From: Azolla caroliniana
Lineage: Eukaryota; Plantae; Polypodiophyta
Reading direction: 5' to 3'
NCBI GenBank assembly: GCA_043228905.1
Contig: JBHGNT010000003.1
Location: forward strand, 11,904,001-11,968,000
Length of the DNA stretch: 64,000 nucleotides
A program made the position numbers and the translations under genes. Positions 24,572-38,566 of this stretch are shown piece after piece. Position 1 is the stretch's first letter. Every line of letters starts with the position of its first letter. Below the pieces are notes generated by a model that was not told where the DNA came from, made no database searches, and worked only from the letters and a program-made list of their open reading frames with translations.

Positions 24572-27405
24572 TATTGGGAAACGTATCATCAATCCGCAAT
24601 AAAAGGAATGCGTTGAAATACACAGTTGGGAAACACAAAAGACAATATGCACTAATTTTACGTGGAAACCCTAAACCCAGAGAAAAAGCCATGGAGAACA
24701 AAGCTTCACTATATATAATGGATATACAAGGATAAGATTAGAGTACAACACTCTCTGATATGAGTGTATCAGCCACATAGGGCTCTTACAGAACACGACT
24801 ATGGCACCGCTCACACAGTCTCTCCCCCCCATTCTCCCTCTTCTCTATCGTTCTCTACAATAGAGGATCACACAACTATACATTTGCCCTAGGCGTATTT
24901 ATACTAATACATCATATGGGCTATTTACAAGTGTAGCCCCCACTACACATGGCTACTATTATTATAACTATAATAATAATAGTCAACAGTTAATCAATTG
25001 ACTCCTTGTTTGTTAACTCTTTGACTGTTGGCTCGTCCTTGTCTTCGACTGTCGGCTACTTCCAGACAGTCGGCTCCTCCCATAGGACGGATATATTCCC
25101 AACAAACTCCCCCTTCACTCCCGTGGGAGAGAGTTAGTTAGTCCTGTCTTCTATCGACCTACTCTGAGTCTGTCCATCGGCAGGTTCTTTGTCAGCATGT
25201 CAGATCCATTATCATCAGTATGGATCTTCATGAGGGTAAACTCTCCTTCTTCGACTTTCTCCTGCAACCAGTGATACCTCCTCTGTATGTGCTTGGTCTG
25301 GGAGTGGTATCCAACATTCTTGGCTAGGTGTATGACACTCTGGCTGTCACAATGAAGCAAGAAATCCCTTTGCTTCATTTGCAACTCGCTGAGAAAGTTT
25401 CTCATCCAAATTAGCTCCTTGCCGGCCTCTACCACTGCCATATACTCTGCCTCTATGGTCGACAAGGCCACGGACTTCTACAGTCGTGACTGCCACGACA
25501 CTGCTCCCCCTGCATAGGTCATCACGTACCCTGACGTGGATCGGATTGAATCTACCTCCCCTGACATGTCCAAGTTGGTAAACCCTTCGAGCATGGGTTT
25601 TCCGACACCATACCTTAGGCATACCCTGGAGGTGCCTTTCAAGTACCTGAGTATCCACTTGACTGTTGCCCAATGTTCTCTTCCTGGATTACTCATGTAT
25701 CGGCTTACTGTTCCCACAACAAAGGCTATGTCTGGTCTCGTGCAGACCATATCATACATTAGACTGCCGATGACCGAGGCATATGGCACTTTCCTCATCT
25801 CAGCCTTTTCTTTCTCCCTTCTCAGGCATTGCCTTGCATTTAACTTGTGGCTAGTCGGTAACACAGAGCCGGTCGGCTTTGCTTCTGTCATGTTGAATCT
25901 TTCTAGGATCTTCGTCGCGTATTTCTCTTGTGACAACCACAACACTTTCTTAGTTTTGTCCCAAACTATGTGCATCGCTAAGATCTGTTTAGCCGGACCA
26001 AGATCTTTCATGGCAAACGACTTGCCTAGAGCTTTCTTCAAGCTTCTGATCTTCCTTGTATCTTGACCGACTATCAACATGTCATCAACATATAATAAGA
26101 GAATCAAGAAGTCACCTTCATCGTACCTTTTGACGAACACACAATGATCTGCCTATGTTTTCTGGAACCCATGTTCCACCATGAAGAACTCAAACTTCTT
26201 GAACCATTGGCGCGGAGCTTGTTTTAGGCCGTACAAGCTTTTCTTCAATCGACACACCATATTCTCTTTCCCTTTCTCCACAAAGCCTTCGGGTTGCTGC
26301 ATGTAGATCGCTTCATCGAACTCCTCGTGCAAGAATGCCGTCTTGACATCCAACTGTTCGATCTCTAGATCCATGCTAGCAGTTATGCTCAGAACAGTTC
26401 TAATGGATGTCATCTTCACGATAGGAGCGAATATTTCGTCAAAGTCGACGCCCTTTTTTTGTTGGAAACCCTTCACCACAATGCGGGCTTTATACCTAGG
26501 CGCATTGTCAACTTCTCCAGCCTTCACGTTGTAGACCCATTTGTTCCTGAGTGCTCTCTTACCTTTCGGTAGTTCTACCAAGTCGTAGGTGTAGTTTTCG
26601 TGCAAGGAGTCCATCTCATCTTGCATCGCGTTCAGTTATTTCTCTCTGTGCTCGTCGGCAATGGCTTCATCATAGCACTCTGGCTTGCCTTCATCAGTCA
26701 AGAGGATGTATTGACTAGCATATGTTGTCGGTGCTCTCCTTTCTTTGAGTGGGTATCTCCATCCACTTGTTGTCGGCTCTCGTTTGGGTGTCTCTCCCGA
26801 CTCTCCTTTTTGCTTGGGTTCATATATGTCGATCGGCTTCTCAAGGTTGGACGACTCCAACTCGTATTCCTCGATCGACCTTAACAATTCTACCGACTTA
26901 GACTCATAGTCGATCGGTCTCTCCGAGTCGAGCAACTCGGAATCAGCTGTGCCGATTCGTTGACTGGTTAGTCGATTCCGACTTCTGTTGCTTCCAGTCC
27001 TCTATGGTCTTGTCTTCCAAGGAGACTACATCCTGACTCCTCACTACCTTCTTGTCGACTAGGTCCCATAGCCTATAACCAAACTCATCTTAAGAGTATC
27101 CCATGAATATGCATGCTTTCGACTTATTGTCGAGTTTCGCCCTCTGATCCATCAGTACATGCATCCGAACACCCTCAGATGCCGGTAGGAGACATCCTTT
27201 CCCGTCCACACCCTCTGTGGGACATCACCCTTCAATGGCACTGAGGGAGACCTGTTGATCAGGTAAACAACTGTATACATCACCTCAACCCAATAAGAAT
27301 TCGATAGTTTAGCATGAGAGAGCATGATCCTCACTCTCTCCATGATTGTTCGATTCATCCTCTCTACAAGCCCGTTTAACTCAGGGGTCTTCGGCACAGT
27401 GTATT

Positions 27406-30400
27406 TATTAGAGATTAGGTACTAAAGTAAGCATAAAATAAGGATATATCAATGATAGATCTAGAAAGAATAGAGAGAAAAGAGAGAAAGAAGGGTGCCG
27501 ATCCACCCGACCACCCCCGAGCGAAGGGATCGAGACGGACTCGAGCCTCGATCGGCGTCCCATACCACCGCCTTGGCGTCGAGTCGTACCTGGACGATAG
27601 CGCGCTTGCTACAAGAGTCGTTCCACTCACGGACAGAGTCTCGACGTAGTCAATGCATGCCCCAAATGAGGGTAGCTAGGCCTCTTATTTATAGTAATTC
27701 TCAAGGCCCCCAGCCATGTTCACACTTGGCCTCATGGGTTGTCTCAATCCCGAGGATTAAAAGTAATCCTCCCCTTCTTTAGACTCTTTGTTTAACCCTC
27801 ACACTTATCCACGTGTATAGAATACTACGACAATTCTCACCACGGGATATTATATGGTCATGCCCGTAACATACTCCCCCTCTTTAAAACATTGCACTCT
27901 TGCAATGGAAAGTTAGGGAAGTTAGTTCTTAGAGTCGTTTCGCGTTCCCATGTGGCATCTTTGATTGATTTATCCATCCATTTTATTTTAAATTCTCGGA
28001 TTTCCTTAGCACGTAATTTTTTTGTTTTAACATCGAGAATTCTTTCTGGTACATGTGGTTTAGAAGATAAATCTTCAGAAGTAACCAGAGTTTCAGTTGT
28101 AACTGTATTGTCGCCAGAACCTAGAAGTTCTTTTAGACGACTTACATGAAAGACTGGATGGATTCCAACACCATCGGGAAGAGCGAGACGATAGGCTGAT
28201 GATCCAATGCGTTTGAGGACTGTAAAAGGTCCACAAAACCGTGGGGCTAACTTAGCGCACTTACCCGTAGACAATGTCTTAGAATTGTGAGGTACACGTA
28301 AAAATACCTTCTGTCCAGGGCTGAATACACGAGGTTGCCTGTGATGATCGGCATAAAAACGCGCTCTATCTTGAGCTGTTTTTATATTATCCCGTGCAAT
28401 ATGCAACATATCTTGCATATCCCGAAGAAAGTTTTGCGTACTTCGCAACTCATCATGATGTATATTAACATCAATCGGGGCTCGTGGCTGAAATCCATAC
28501 ATCAACATAAAAGGACTATATCCCGTCGACGTATGCTTGGAGCTGTTATAAGCAAACTCCAAAATTGGGAGGTAACGTTCCCATTTTGTTGGTTTTGCAC
28601 CAACGTATGCTCGAAGCATGTCCTCAATAATTTGATTTACTCGTTCTGTCTGTCCATCGGATTGAGGATGATCCGTGGAGCTCATGCTCAACGTAGTTTC
28701 TAACTTCGTAAAGACTTGCGTCCAGAAGTCACTAGTAAACTTCGGATCTCGGTCACTCACGATATCCATCGGTAACCCGTAAAAACGAAATAACTCATCA
28801 ACGAATTGGTAAGCCAATTCAGGAGCTGTTACCGTGGTTTTAGTAGCAATAAATCTGGCCATTTTAGTTAGTCTGTCAACCACAACCCATATGGCATCAC
28901 GACCTTTTTGGGTGCGAGGAAGGCTAACAATAAAATCCATGGATATACTTTCCCACTTATTATTGGGAATGTCCAAGGGATGTAAAAGTCCTGCGGCTTT
29001 AAGTCGCTCGGCTTTGTTAACCTGACATTGGTGACATTTAGTCACATAGCTATGTATGTCAGGACGCATCTTAGGCCAATAAAATTGAGTGGAGATGAGA
29101 ACGAGTGTACGATGTATTCCAGGGTGCCCTGCTGAGGGTGCATCATGGCATTCAAAAAGAATTCTCTTTTTGACCTCAGGTAAATCTGGAACACAAACCT
29201 TCCCATTACGGTAGAGCAGACCGTTAGCAATGTGGAAGTATTCCTTCGAGGGTGTGGTGGTGTCTGTTCCAGACTCGACTCTTGCCTAGTATTTTGCAAA
29301 ATAATTGTCATCAGGATACTTTCCTCGAAGGTGATCATAAAGATCTGATGTTATTTCAGTGAAGCTAAGCATGTTAACTTCACGGATGCGACTTAGTGCA
29401 TCAGCGACAGTATTCATGGAACCTTTACGATATCGTATGGAAAAATCAAAGTCCTGGATGAGATCAGCCCATCGTGCCTTACGACCTTTCAGGTCTTGTT
29501 GGTCACAAAAATATTTCAAGGACTCGTGGTCCGTAGTTACCACAAAGCGATTTCCATAAAGATAATGGCGCCATGTTTTGAGCGCATGTATAACCGCAAA
29601 TAATTCCTTTTCTTGAACGGTATACCGACATTGAGCAGAATTAAGTTTCTTACTCTCGAATGCTATTGGTTTACCATCTTGATACAAGACAGCACCTATA
29701 GCATAATCGCTTGCGTCGGTTTCAACCTCAAAAGGTTTTGAAGGATCGGGTAAAAGAAGTGAAGGAGCCTTGCATACCAAGTCCTTGAGTTCCTTAAAGG
29801 CGAGGTCTAGTGTAGCATTCCACACAATAGGTTTTGTAGACTTACGCGTTTGACCTTTTAGAAGATCAGTAAACGGCGTCGTCAATTGTGAGTAATTACG
29901 AAGAGATTTTCGCAAAAATCCGACAAAACCAAGGAATGATCGAACTTCTCGAATATTCCGAAGAGTGGGCCAAAGCTTGATTTTCTCGATGCGAGAAGGA
30001 TCAATTTCAACTCCTCGTTCGGTTATGAGATGTCCAAGATAAGTAATTGATTTCTTGAAGAACTCACATTTTGAGATCTTCGCGTAAAATTGTTTGTCAC
30101 GCAATATTTGTAAAACAAAGCGGACATGTCTAGCATGTTCTTGTAATGTACGGCTATAAACTAAAATATCATCTAAGAAGATAACGACAAATTTTCCAAG
30201 TTGTTCTCGAAAAATGTCATTCATTTCTTGTTGAAATGTAGCCGGAGCATTGGTCAAACCAAAAGGCATAACCAAAAACTCATAATGGCCGTAGCGCGTA
30301 CGAAATGCTGTTTTAGGAACATCGTCCTCACTTATTCGTATTTGATGGTAGCCAGTACGGAGATCAAGTTTCGTAAAATACCGAGCTCCCTGGAGACGGT

Positions 30401-33400
30401 CAATTAGATCGTCAGCCCGGGGCAATGGGTACGAATTCTTGATCGTCACTTTATTCAAGCGTCGGTAATTAATACACATACGCCATGTGCCCTCTTTCTT
30501 TTTAACCAAGAGAACTGGTGCACCCCATGGAGATTTACTATAACGTATATAACCCATTCGTAAATAGTCCTTAAGTTGCTTAGCTACCTCATCCTCTTCA
30601 GATCGACTTAGGCGATACGGAGGTATACTAATGGGTGCAATGCCAGGTACAATATCTATACGATGGTCTATATTACGTTTAGGAGGTAAACCATCGGGTA
30701 GTTCACTCGGAAAAACATCACGAAAATCGTTTACGATTTCATCAAGTTGTTTTTGTTCAAAATATGTTAATTGACCCGAGACATTATCGATATTGTAAAC
30801 GTGAATGTCCGGATCAAGTACACAATAAAATAACGTAGAACAAGACAACTCGGATATTGATGGACACGAGGAAACAATCGAGAGGGATTGTTTTGTTACA
30901 CATTGAATAAAATGCGTACAATCGTTGAGTACAAAAGAAATGGAATGGCGAACCCAATCAATAAATAAAGAAGAGCTTTTATTATAAAACCAGGGATAAC
31001 CCAGTATTACATCGGTGGTACTAAGATTCATTACATGGAAGTCTACTTCCTCTATATAGGTATCAATAGAAATTCCTAAAGAATGAATCGCCCCGTTGAT
31101 GTGTTGTACTCTTCCATCAGCCAAGTGCACCGTGTAGGTGTGATCACTTACGGTGGGTTGGATTCCCCATATCTGTACCAAACGATCATTCACAAAATTG
31201 TGTGAGCTTCCCGAATCAAATAAAAATTGTACGGGAGATCCATTGATATACCCGTTTGCACGTAGTAAATCATTGGGACCCAATACATAATGAGGGAAAG
31301 AACATTGACAATTACTCAAATGATGTGTATAGACCTGAAGGACATTAGGAATCTGACCTTTATGATCTGTAGCTTTAGGTTTGGCGTCGTGCTCTTTCCG
31401 TTGGAGCTTACGACATTGCTCTTTTGTATGACCCTTCTTTTTGCAGAATACGCAAAAAGGATGTTGTCGCTTATAATCGCGATCCATGAATTCGTTGGGT
31501 GTCTTGCGTTTCCCAACGAATTGCGACTGCTTAGTCCCGGGCGCTTCGTTGGGTTTGTTATGGTCCTTCTTCGAAGTGCGTTGATAGCGAAGAACTATCT
31601 CAACGGCCTCTTCGAAGGATTTTGGATCCTTATCGTGCACTATCCAGTGATAGTCCGAATTGGGGATGCCATTGACAAAACAAGCTATTAACCAATTGTC
31701 CCCTTCTAGACCCGATTTTTGGATTTGGGTTCTAGCATGGTGGACATAATCTTCTAGCGAGGAAAACTTCCTGCTAGAGAGGTTCATTAAAGCTTGTGCT
31801 GCCTCGGTTCGAGAGGGAGGTTGTAGAAATTGACCCTTGAAAACTGTGACAAAGTCTGTCCAGGTCTCGGGCAATCTCCCCAAAGTTCGGAGCCCACGCC
31901 ACCAAGCGGCGGCCTTACCCCCTAGTTCTCGGCCGACATATGCAATCTTCGTACTATCTGGCGTGGGATAGAGCTCAAAATGAGACTCCCATCGGCCCAG
32001 CCACGTGCAGATTGCTTCTTCGGTTCTTTCCTTTTTATCTCCCGTAAATGGCTTTACGACAAATGATGGTTCACCCTGACGCTCATCAGGTCTATTAATC
32101 TCATTTTGGAGACTAATGACTCGTGCCTCGAGAGCACTTTGAGATTGCCGAAATTCGGTCAACTGCTGCGCAGTTGAACTAAGGAAATGTTGTACTTGTA
32201 AAATATACGCCTCAATGGACATTGTCCCAGGAGGATTTCCTTGAGGTCTTTCCGCTTGAGCGGAGGGCATCGGGTCGTTATTCTGAGCCATTGAATGATT
32301 ATTTCTGGCAAAGAAATAAAATTAAGGTCAGACAAATAGTCATAACATCTTGTCGTGGTGTAAACATATCATGGGCAAACATTAATCGATATCATGATCT
32401 CACGTCAATACCCCTCTAGACGTATGAGATGAGGTTCAAGATCAGGTTACTATGGTAACACAGAGGTGTTTTAAAAACCATGGGGGTGACAAATGAATGC
32501 GTTTCCCTGATCTGTATATCGATTTTTTTCATGGCGGCTCCCCGAGGCTCAACCATGTATGTTCGCGTCATGAATAGTTTATACACGAAAAAAATGTTAA
32601 CAATAACTATGTTTCTGTGCCCACATATGTGGTTTCGGCTCTTTAAGTCCTATTACGAGGACCCCGAAGTGCACTTAGACCTAAAGTCTAAACATGTATT
32701 ATAGGCATATGTATCAACGATGTTGTATGGTGTTGGTCATATTTGAACTCGAGACCTCGAGGACAAATACATTAAACACTTGAGCCAACCAAGTAGATTG
32801 CGCGTCTTGAATGTTTAATGTTTGAGGCGGATTCGAGATATGCGAGGCATTTGCCCCTATATGTTTTTTTTAAAAGAAACATATAGGTCAAGTGGCCTTA
32901 TTTCTCCCTCATTTATTACCCACTATGGTTGTACGCTACCTACCCTCAAGCCTCGTAAGTACAATGGCATATGCCAAAGTGTAACCTAATGGTCAGCCGA
33001 ATGAGCCCTTGTGTCTTCGTAGGCTCATGTGGCCCATCACATGGTCACGTCATTACGAATGGCGCTCGTAAGAACGAGCTCATGGTGGCATCGTATCCAT
33101 GTAACGAGGGGAGATGTTGGATACGTGTGTCATTAGAGCGACCCTACTTGATGTGGATCAAGCCCGACGTATTCAATATCATTTTGGCTATACGAGGTTC
33201 GTTACGTAACGAAAGATCAAAGTGACCAACGGGAATTTCAACAATAAAAATTGTTGATAAAAGGGATGGTGACAACGCCATTCTCACAAAAATGTGAGGA
33301 CGGCCACCAAAATCCTCTCCCCAATTAGGAAAACATTTGATATGAATCACGTAATCTAAAATATACACATATGTCAATATATCACATATATACGATCAGA

Positions 33401-34455
33401 GACGTATATAAGTGACCACATATGCGTATACTAAATGAATCGTTTTTTTTATATAGCCAACAATAATGTATTCGGGATACGTAATCGAGGCATATACCTC
33501 TATGCACACGAAACATCCGAAAATAAGGTTAAGCGTAATTCGCAATTGAGGTATTGACCTCTTACGCATAGTAAATCCAACGCATATCATTTCGAACGAA
33601 TCGAGGTATTGACCTCGTACGCGAACGTAACATATGTTCGTGAACGTAATACGCAATTGAGGTAGTAACCTCGTACGCATACGACACTCATCACATATGA
33701 TTTATATGTCAAACGAGGTATTGACCTCGTGGACATATGTAAACGTTTAAGATAACCAATTAAATACCACGTCAACATCATTGAATATATGAAAAAAAAA
33801 CTACATATTAAGTATACACATGTATAGAAGGGAGAAGAAAAATTAGATAAAAAATTAAGGAAAATTTACCGAAGTTCTTTCGCTAATCCTTGTCTGCATG
33901 AAGGCGACCGCACAACGATCAATCGCCATCCCACGCGAAGACAAAAAGAAAACCAAAAGAAACGTTAGTACATAGGCTCTGATACCAAATATTAGAGATT
34001 AGGTACTAAAGTAAGCATAAAATAAGGATATATCAATGATAGATCTAGAAAGAATAGAGAGAAAAGAGAGAAAGAAGGGTGCCGATCCACCCGACCACCC
34101 CCGAGCGAAGGGATCGAGACGGACTCGAGCCTCGATCGGCGTCCCATACCACCGCCTTGGCGTCGAGTCGTACCTGGACGATAGCGCGCTTGCTACAAGA
34201 GTCGTTCCACTCACGGACAGAGTCTCGACGTAGTCAATGCATGCCCCAAATGAGGGTAGCTAGGCCTCTTATTTATAGTAATTCTCAAGGCCCCCAGCCA
34301 TGTTCACACTTGGCCTCATGGGTTGTCTCAATCCCGAGGATTAAAAGTAATCCTCCCCTTCTTTAGACTCTTTGTTTAACCCTCACACTTATCCACGTGT
34401 ATAGAATACTACGACAATTCTCACCACGGGATATTATATGGTCATGCCCGTAACA
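27406..34455 (-). mobile_element. Element H: very young full-length Ty3/gypsy chromovirus, TSD GTATT
   Basis: 466-bp LTRs at 27406-27871 and 33990-34455 with no difference found by eye. GTATT on both flanks. iMet PBS at 33976-33987. PPT at 27872-27885. Confidence 0.97.
27858..32291 (-). pseudogene. Element H gag-pol (gag, PR, RT, RNase H, IN, chromodomain) with one in-frame TAG at 29286-29288
   Basis: 1001-aa ORF ([32 protein letters not shown]) and 403-aa ORF (ISMDF, GPF, PERILD...IKW...ATWE) are in the same frame. Confidence 0.93.
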
Positions 34456-35145
34456 GTATTCGACTCGAATACCTTGGGCCTTGTAGTATTCCTCAAACTA
34501 CCCTCTATATTCACCACCGTTGTCGGTTCAGACAACCTTCGATTTCCGACCCGACTCTCGTTCGGCTCTTGCCTGGAACTCCTTGAAGAACGACAATACT
34601 TGATCCTTTGACTTTAATACGAAAGCCCACAACTTCTGACCATAGTCATCAATAAAGGTCACAAAGTATTGTCCGCCTCGGTGTGATGGCACATCTACAT
34701 AGCACACATCCGTGTGTACTAGTTCTAGTGGCCCTTCTCTTCTCCTTGGTGTTCTAGAGTGGAATGTTGCTCTGTTCTGCTTTCCGACTAAGTAGTCGAC
34801 ACACTTCTCCAGGTGCACTCCCTTGACTTCTCGCAGGAGTTTCTAGTTGGCTAACAAATGCAGTCCCTTCTCGCTCATGTGGCCTAGCCTCTTATGCCAT
34901 ATCTCTCCGGCTGAGTTGGTTGCCACGTTCACTTCCGACTTGCACAGTTGGACATGCATCATATATAATGTGCCTTCTTTTTGTGCTCGGGCCACTATAA
35001 GATTTCCTCGGTAGAACTTCCACTTGCCATTCTGAAAGCTACCATTGTAACCTTCATCATCCATCCTTCTAGTCAATATCAAATTCAATCTGATATCGGG
35101 GATGTGTCAAACATTCTTCAGAGTTAGTTGACACCCTATCAACAT

Positions 35146-35449
35146 TGTTGAGCGAGCAAGCTCAACCGGATCCAGATCGGCTGGGTAAGCCTTAGTCGGA
35201 TTGGTATCCGGGACAAAGAACTGGATGATATCCGGAACTAGGAGCCAGATCGGGGAGCCAGATTCAAATGTGAACCGGAAGGCTAGTAGTAGCCTATATG
35301 CGTCTAGACTACTAGGTAGTCAGAGTCCTCGTAGTTAGTGTTAGTCGCCCGTAAGAGCATCGAAGTACATGGTACTTCTGTCAGTCCTCCAAGGACTTGT
35401 ATAAATAGTGTTGTCAAGCATATTGTAAAGAGAGAGTGACATACAACGT
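35146..35449 (+). mobile_element. Element K 5' LTR, first part (the rest lies inverted at 50475-50630)
   Basis: Homologous to the F LTR up to ...TACAA(A/C)GT. The reverse complement of 50475-50635 continues with GTTATTA as in F. Confidence 0.82.
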
Positions 35450-36989
35450 TGTTGAGATACAAGCTCAACATTGGCTGGATCGGTTGTGCAAGCCGAGAAC
35501 CGGATCGGTTAGGCCGGACCGGTGCATAAAACAGATGCGTAAAACAGATGCGTAAACCAGTACGCAAACCGGTGCGTAATGAGAGGCCGTAGAGGTGCGT
35601 AAACCGCGAGGCCGTTCGGAAGATATTCCGCATAGGAATATATTTTGGGAATTAGTGTAGAGCTCACTCGTGAGCATTGAAGTACGTGTCAGTACTTCTG
35701 TCAGTCCGTATGGACTTGTATAAAAGTGCTCACTGAGCACATCCTATGTATAGATTGAGTATTATTTTGAATTGAGTTTCCTGTGTGCTCTCTCTTTGTC
35801 TCTCCCGTGTACTGTGTATACCCTAAGCTCTCCATTAAACCTGCGTATTTTCTGTGTTCGGTTTTCTATTGCTTCCGCACGTATTCTTTTACATGGTATC
35901 AGAGCGCGAGGGTTGAGAACCTCTGCAGTCGACATAGCTTGAAAGAAAAACCAACCAAGAAGAACAGGTAAAAACGATGGATAGAGGCATGACTAGCTCG
36001 CTTCCAACAGAGAAGCTCGATAGAAACAACTACACCTCTTGGTCTTACAAGATGCACCAGTACCTGCTCGGGCACGATTACTAGAGGTATGTCAACGGAG
36101 CAAATGACATAGCACCCGAATCAACACACAGAGATTTCCTGGCGTGGGAACAGTCGGCGAGCAGAGTACTGTACTGCTTCGCGTCTTGTGTGGGAGAACA
36201 GCTCCTAAGCTACATTCGGGATACAAAAACGCCAAAGGATGCTTGGGGAAATCTGACGAAGATTTTCACCACAAGCACTACAACCAGGAAGGTTCAACTC
36301 CGACAGGAGCTGAGCAACCTACGACAACGCGACTTGTCGGTGGCCTATTACACCTGGAAGCCTAAAGATATATGTGACTCTTTAGCCTCCATCGATGTGA
36401 ACGTCGAGGAAGGAGAGATGGTGCAGATCTGTCTCGGGGGATTGGCGTTGAAGTTCGGAGCGTTCCGAACTGTTGTGTGTACACGCAAGAATACGCCGTC
36501 ATTTTTCGACTTACAATCGATGCTCCTTATAGAGGAGAACCACGTGAGTGCGTCGACGAGCACGCATGCCGACAACACAATGCTGTACACGGAGGGAGAT
36601 AGGCCCCATGGTCGTGGCGGACGAGGCGAGTCGGTGCGCAATGGAGGCGGCCGACGGGATCAAGGAAGAAGGCACCGCAGTGATGCCGACAACAATTCCG
36701 GACCCTCCGGAAACAGGGGGAGTCGAGGCGACGAGAATCGGCAAGGGAAATCCACCGTGGAATGCTAGTACTGTGGCAAGAAAGGCCACAGGGAGAGCGA
36801 GTGCTAGAAAAAGCGCGCCGATTCGGAGAGAACTGGGTCCAGATTAGGTTCTGGACAGACCGACAAGGGTAATTGGCAACGATCGGACTACACCGAAGGA
36901 GCCGAAAAAGGGTCAGTCTTCATGACGAGACACGAAGCAAACTCGATGAAGAAGATCAACCCGAAATCGGACGAGGTGTGGTATGTCGA
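35450..36989 (+). mobile_element. Element I: copia 5' LTR (35450-35893), PBS and gag up to the protease motif VWYV; 5' half of I/L
   Basis: PBS TGGTATCAGAGC at 35894. gag from ATG 35977 with stops. Zinc knuckle at ~36760-36810. Ends abruptly at GTGTGGTATGTCGA. Confidence 0.9.
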
Positions 36990-38566
36990 AGGCCCACACA
37001 CGTGTCCGACCACCAAGATCTCCGACTGTCCGAAGGCCGACTTTTCCCTGGAGAAGGTGAGCCTCGCGCGCTCTAGTCTCTGCAACACCTTCTCGCAGTC
37101 ATCGATGTGGGACGCCACGAAATTCCGACATCCATCCGGCCCGATTGCCTCGTCCCTTTTCTCCACCGGGCATCCCTTGATCGGGATGTCGTCTAAGAAC
37201 GGCATGGTGATGTCCGGGATACAATCCCTAGGCACTTTGTTCATCGCGTTCACCATGTGAGCCACTGAGTTTGTCCCTCCTTGTGGCAGGGTTAACATCC
37301 GCACTAGGCCGAGAGGAGTCCGCATCGTCGTAATGTCTCTGCTCTCCATGGCTAGTTGGAACTGATCGTACCCCGAGTACAGATCACCGACAGAATAGAT
37401 CGACCTTCCAGCAAAGGCCTCCGCGAACTCGTGTATGGTCGGTCCGATGCCTACATTACGGATGGTCATCTTGTTGACCGGTTGTAGGTCCTGGATGAAG
37501 CGCAGCGTGCCGTTCTTCTTCGGCACCGTAAACCACCGATTCGAGTACGGGGCACTCGATGGTTCGAGGATGCCCATCTCCACCTTTTGCTTTAGGAGCT
37601 CCATCAACTTTGTGATGTGAGCTCTTGGCACCGGAATCGGCTTGAGATTCCACGGTACATGCGGTACCGTGAAGATCACCATCGATTCAACAAATGTCGG
37701 GTCTGTGCACCCGATCTCCTTCGGTGAGAATGCGAAAGCCTTCCCATGCCTCCTGAGCATTCTCCGAAACCGGTCCTCCTCCACCGGCAGTAGGAAGTTG
37801 CCCCCACCGACCTTGAGCTCCCATAACGTTATGTCGGTGAACCGGTGCCCTATGCCAGCCGGATTTCGTAAACTTGGGTCCGACGTGACCCCTTATATCC
37901 GCTCCTCGCTGCCCTCCGGCAAGGGTGCCGCGATTGGCCTCACCTTCCGGTCCACAATCTTGTATTTCGTATCCACGCGGGCCATCCGAGCCGACCCGAT
38001 CCTTCCCCCGAAGTCTGCGATGACTTCGTACATTCCCATTGACCCCACCGGAACGGTCCAGTCTTCCCTACGGTCTTCACCGATCACCTTTCGTAGTTCG
38101 CCCAAGGTGTCGTCAAAAGAGACCGCCTCCACGGCGCCGCTGATGCCCTCGTCGGGGAAGAGGACTCCGCATCCCTTGAACCGCTCCTCCGCTCGCTTTC
38201 TCACCCTGCTGCTGACGTTGGTTATAGTACAACCTCCACTGTCGGAGAACCAAAATTTCCTACCTATGGTACAGGTCTTCTTCCATACTATACCTTTGTG
38301 GGGTTCATCCCGGGTGTCCGGACTATCGCGGCCCCACACCTTGACAGCCCTCTCTAAAAATCCCCTCGGGTTTCGTTGCCGAGGGCCTCGTGGTTTGGTC
38401 GCATCGTTAGGATCTGGACCGAGTGACGCCCGTCCTGGCTCTTAACTCTTGCATAGGCTGAACCGTTGTCCAACACCTTGGTCTCCATCCGTACCGCCAT
38501 GATATATGGCTCTCCTAGTATAACCGGATGCGAGGACGTCTCCTGCACGAAGAAGTGCCGGTCGAT
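36990..38566 (-). mobile_element. Element N fragment 1: divergent Ty3/gypsy protease C-terminus and RT
   Basis: HPVILGEPY; RFIQDLQPVN, GDLYSGYDQ, LPQGGTNS, FLDD, ending at GHVCGP. Confidence 0.88.

Larger units (their letters stand above)
24572..35145 (-). mobile_element. Element G: degenerate B-like Ty1/copia (3' LTR, RNase H, RT, IN), split by H and cut by K
   Basis: LTR 24572-25104 followed by the PPT. RNase H/RT ORFs at 25151-26935. Integrase at 27000-27405 continues at 34461-35145. Confidence 0.87.

Noticed and set aside
32715-32800. Third tRNA-like A/B pair on the minus strand in H's leader (TGGCTCAAGTG ... GAGTTCAAAT)
   Set aside because: Both boxes are degenerate and the spacing is short; could be chance.
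37642-38445. Long ORFs antisense to pol (e.g. 267 aa here, 277 aa at 39056)
   Set aside because: Shadow frames of GC-rich retroelement coding sequence with no recognisable domains.
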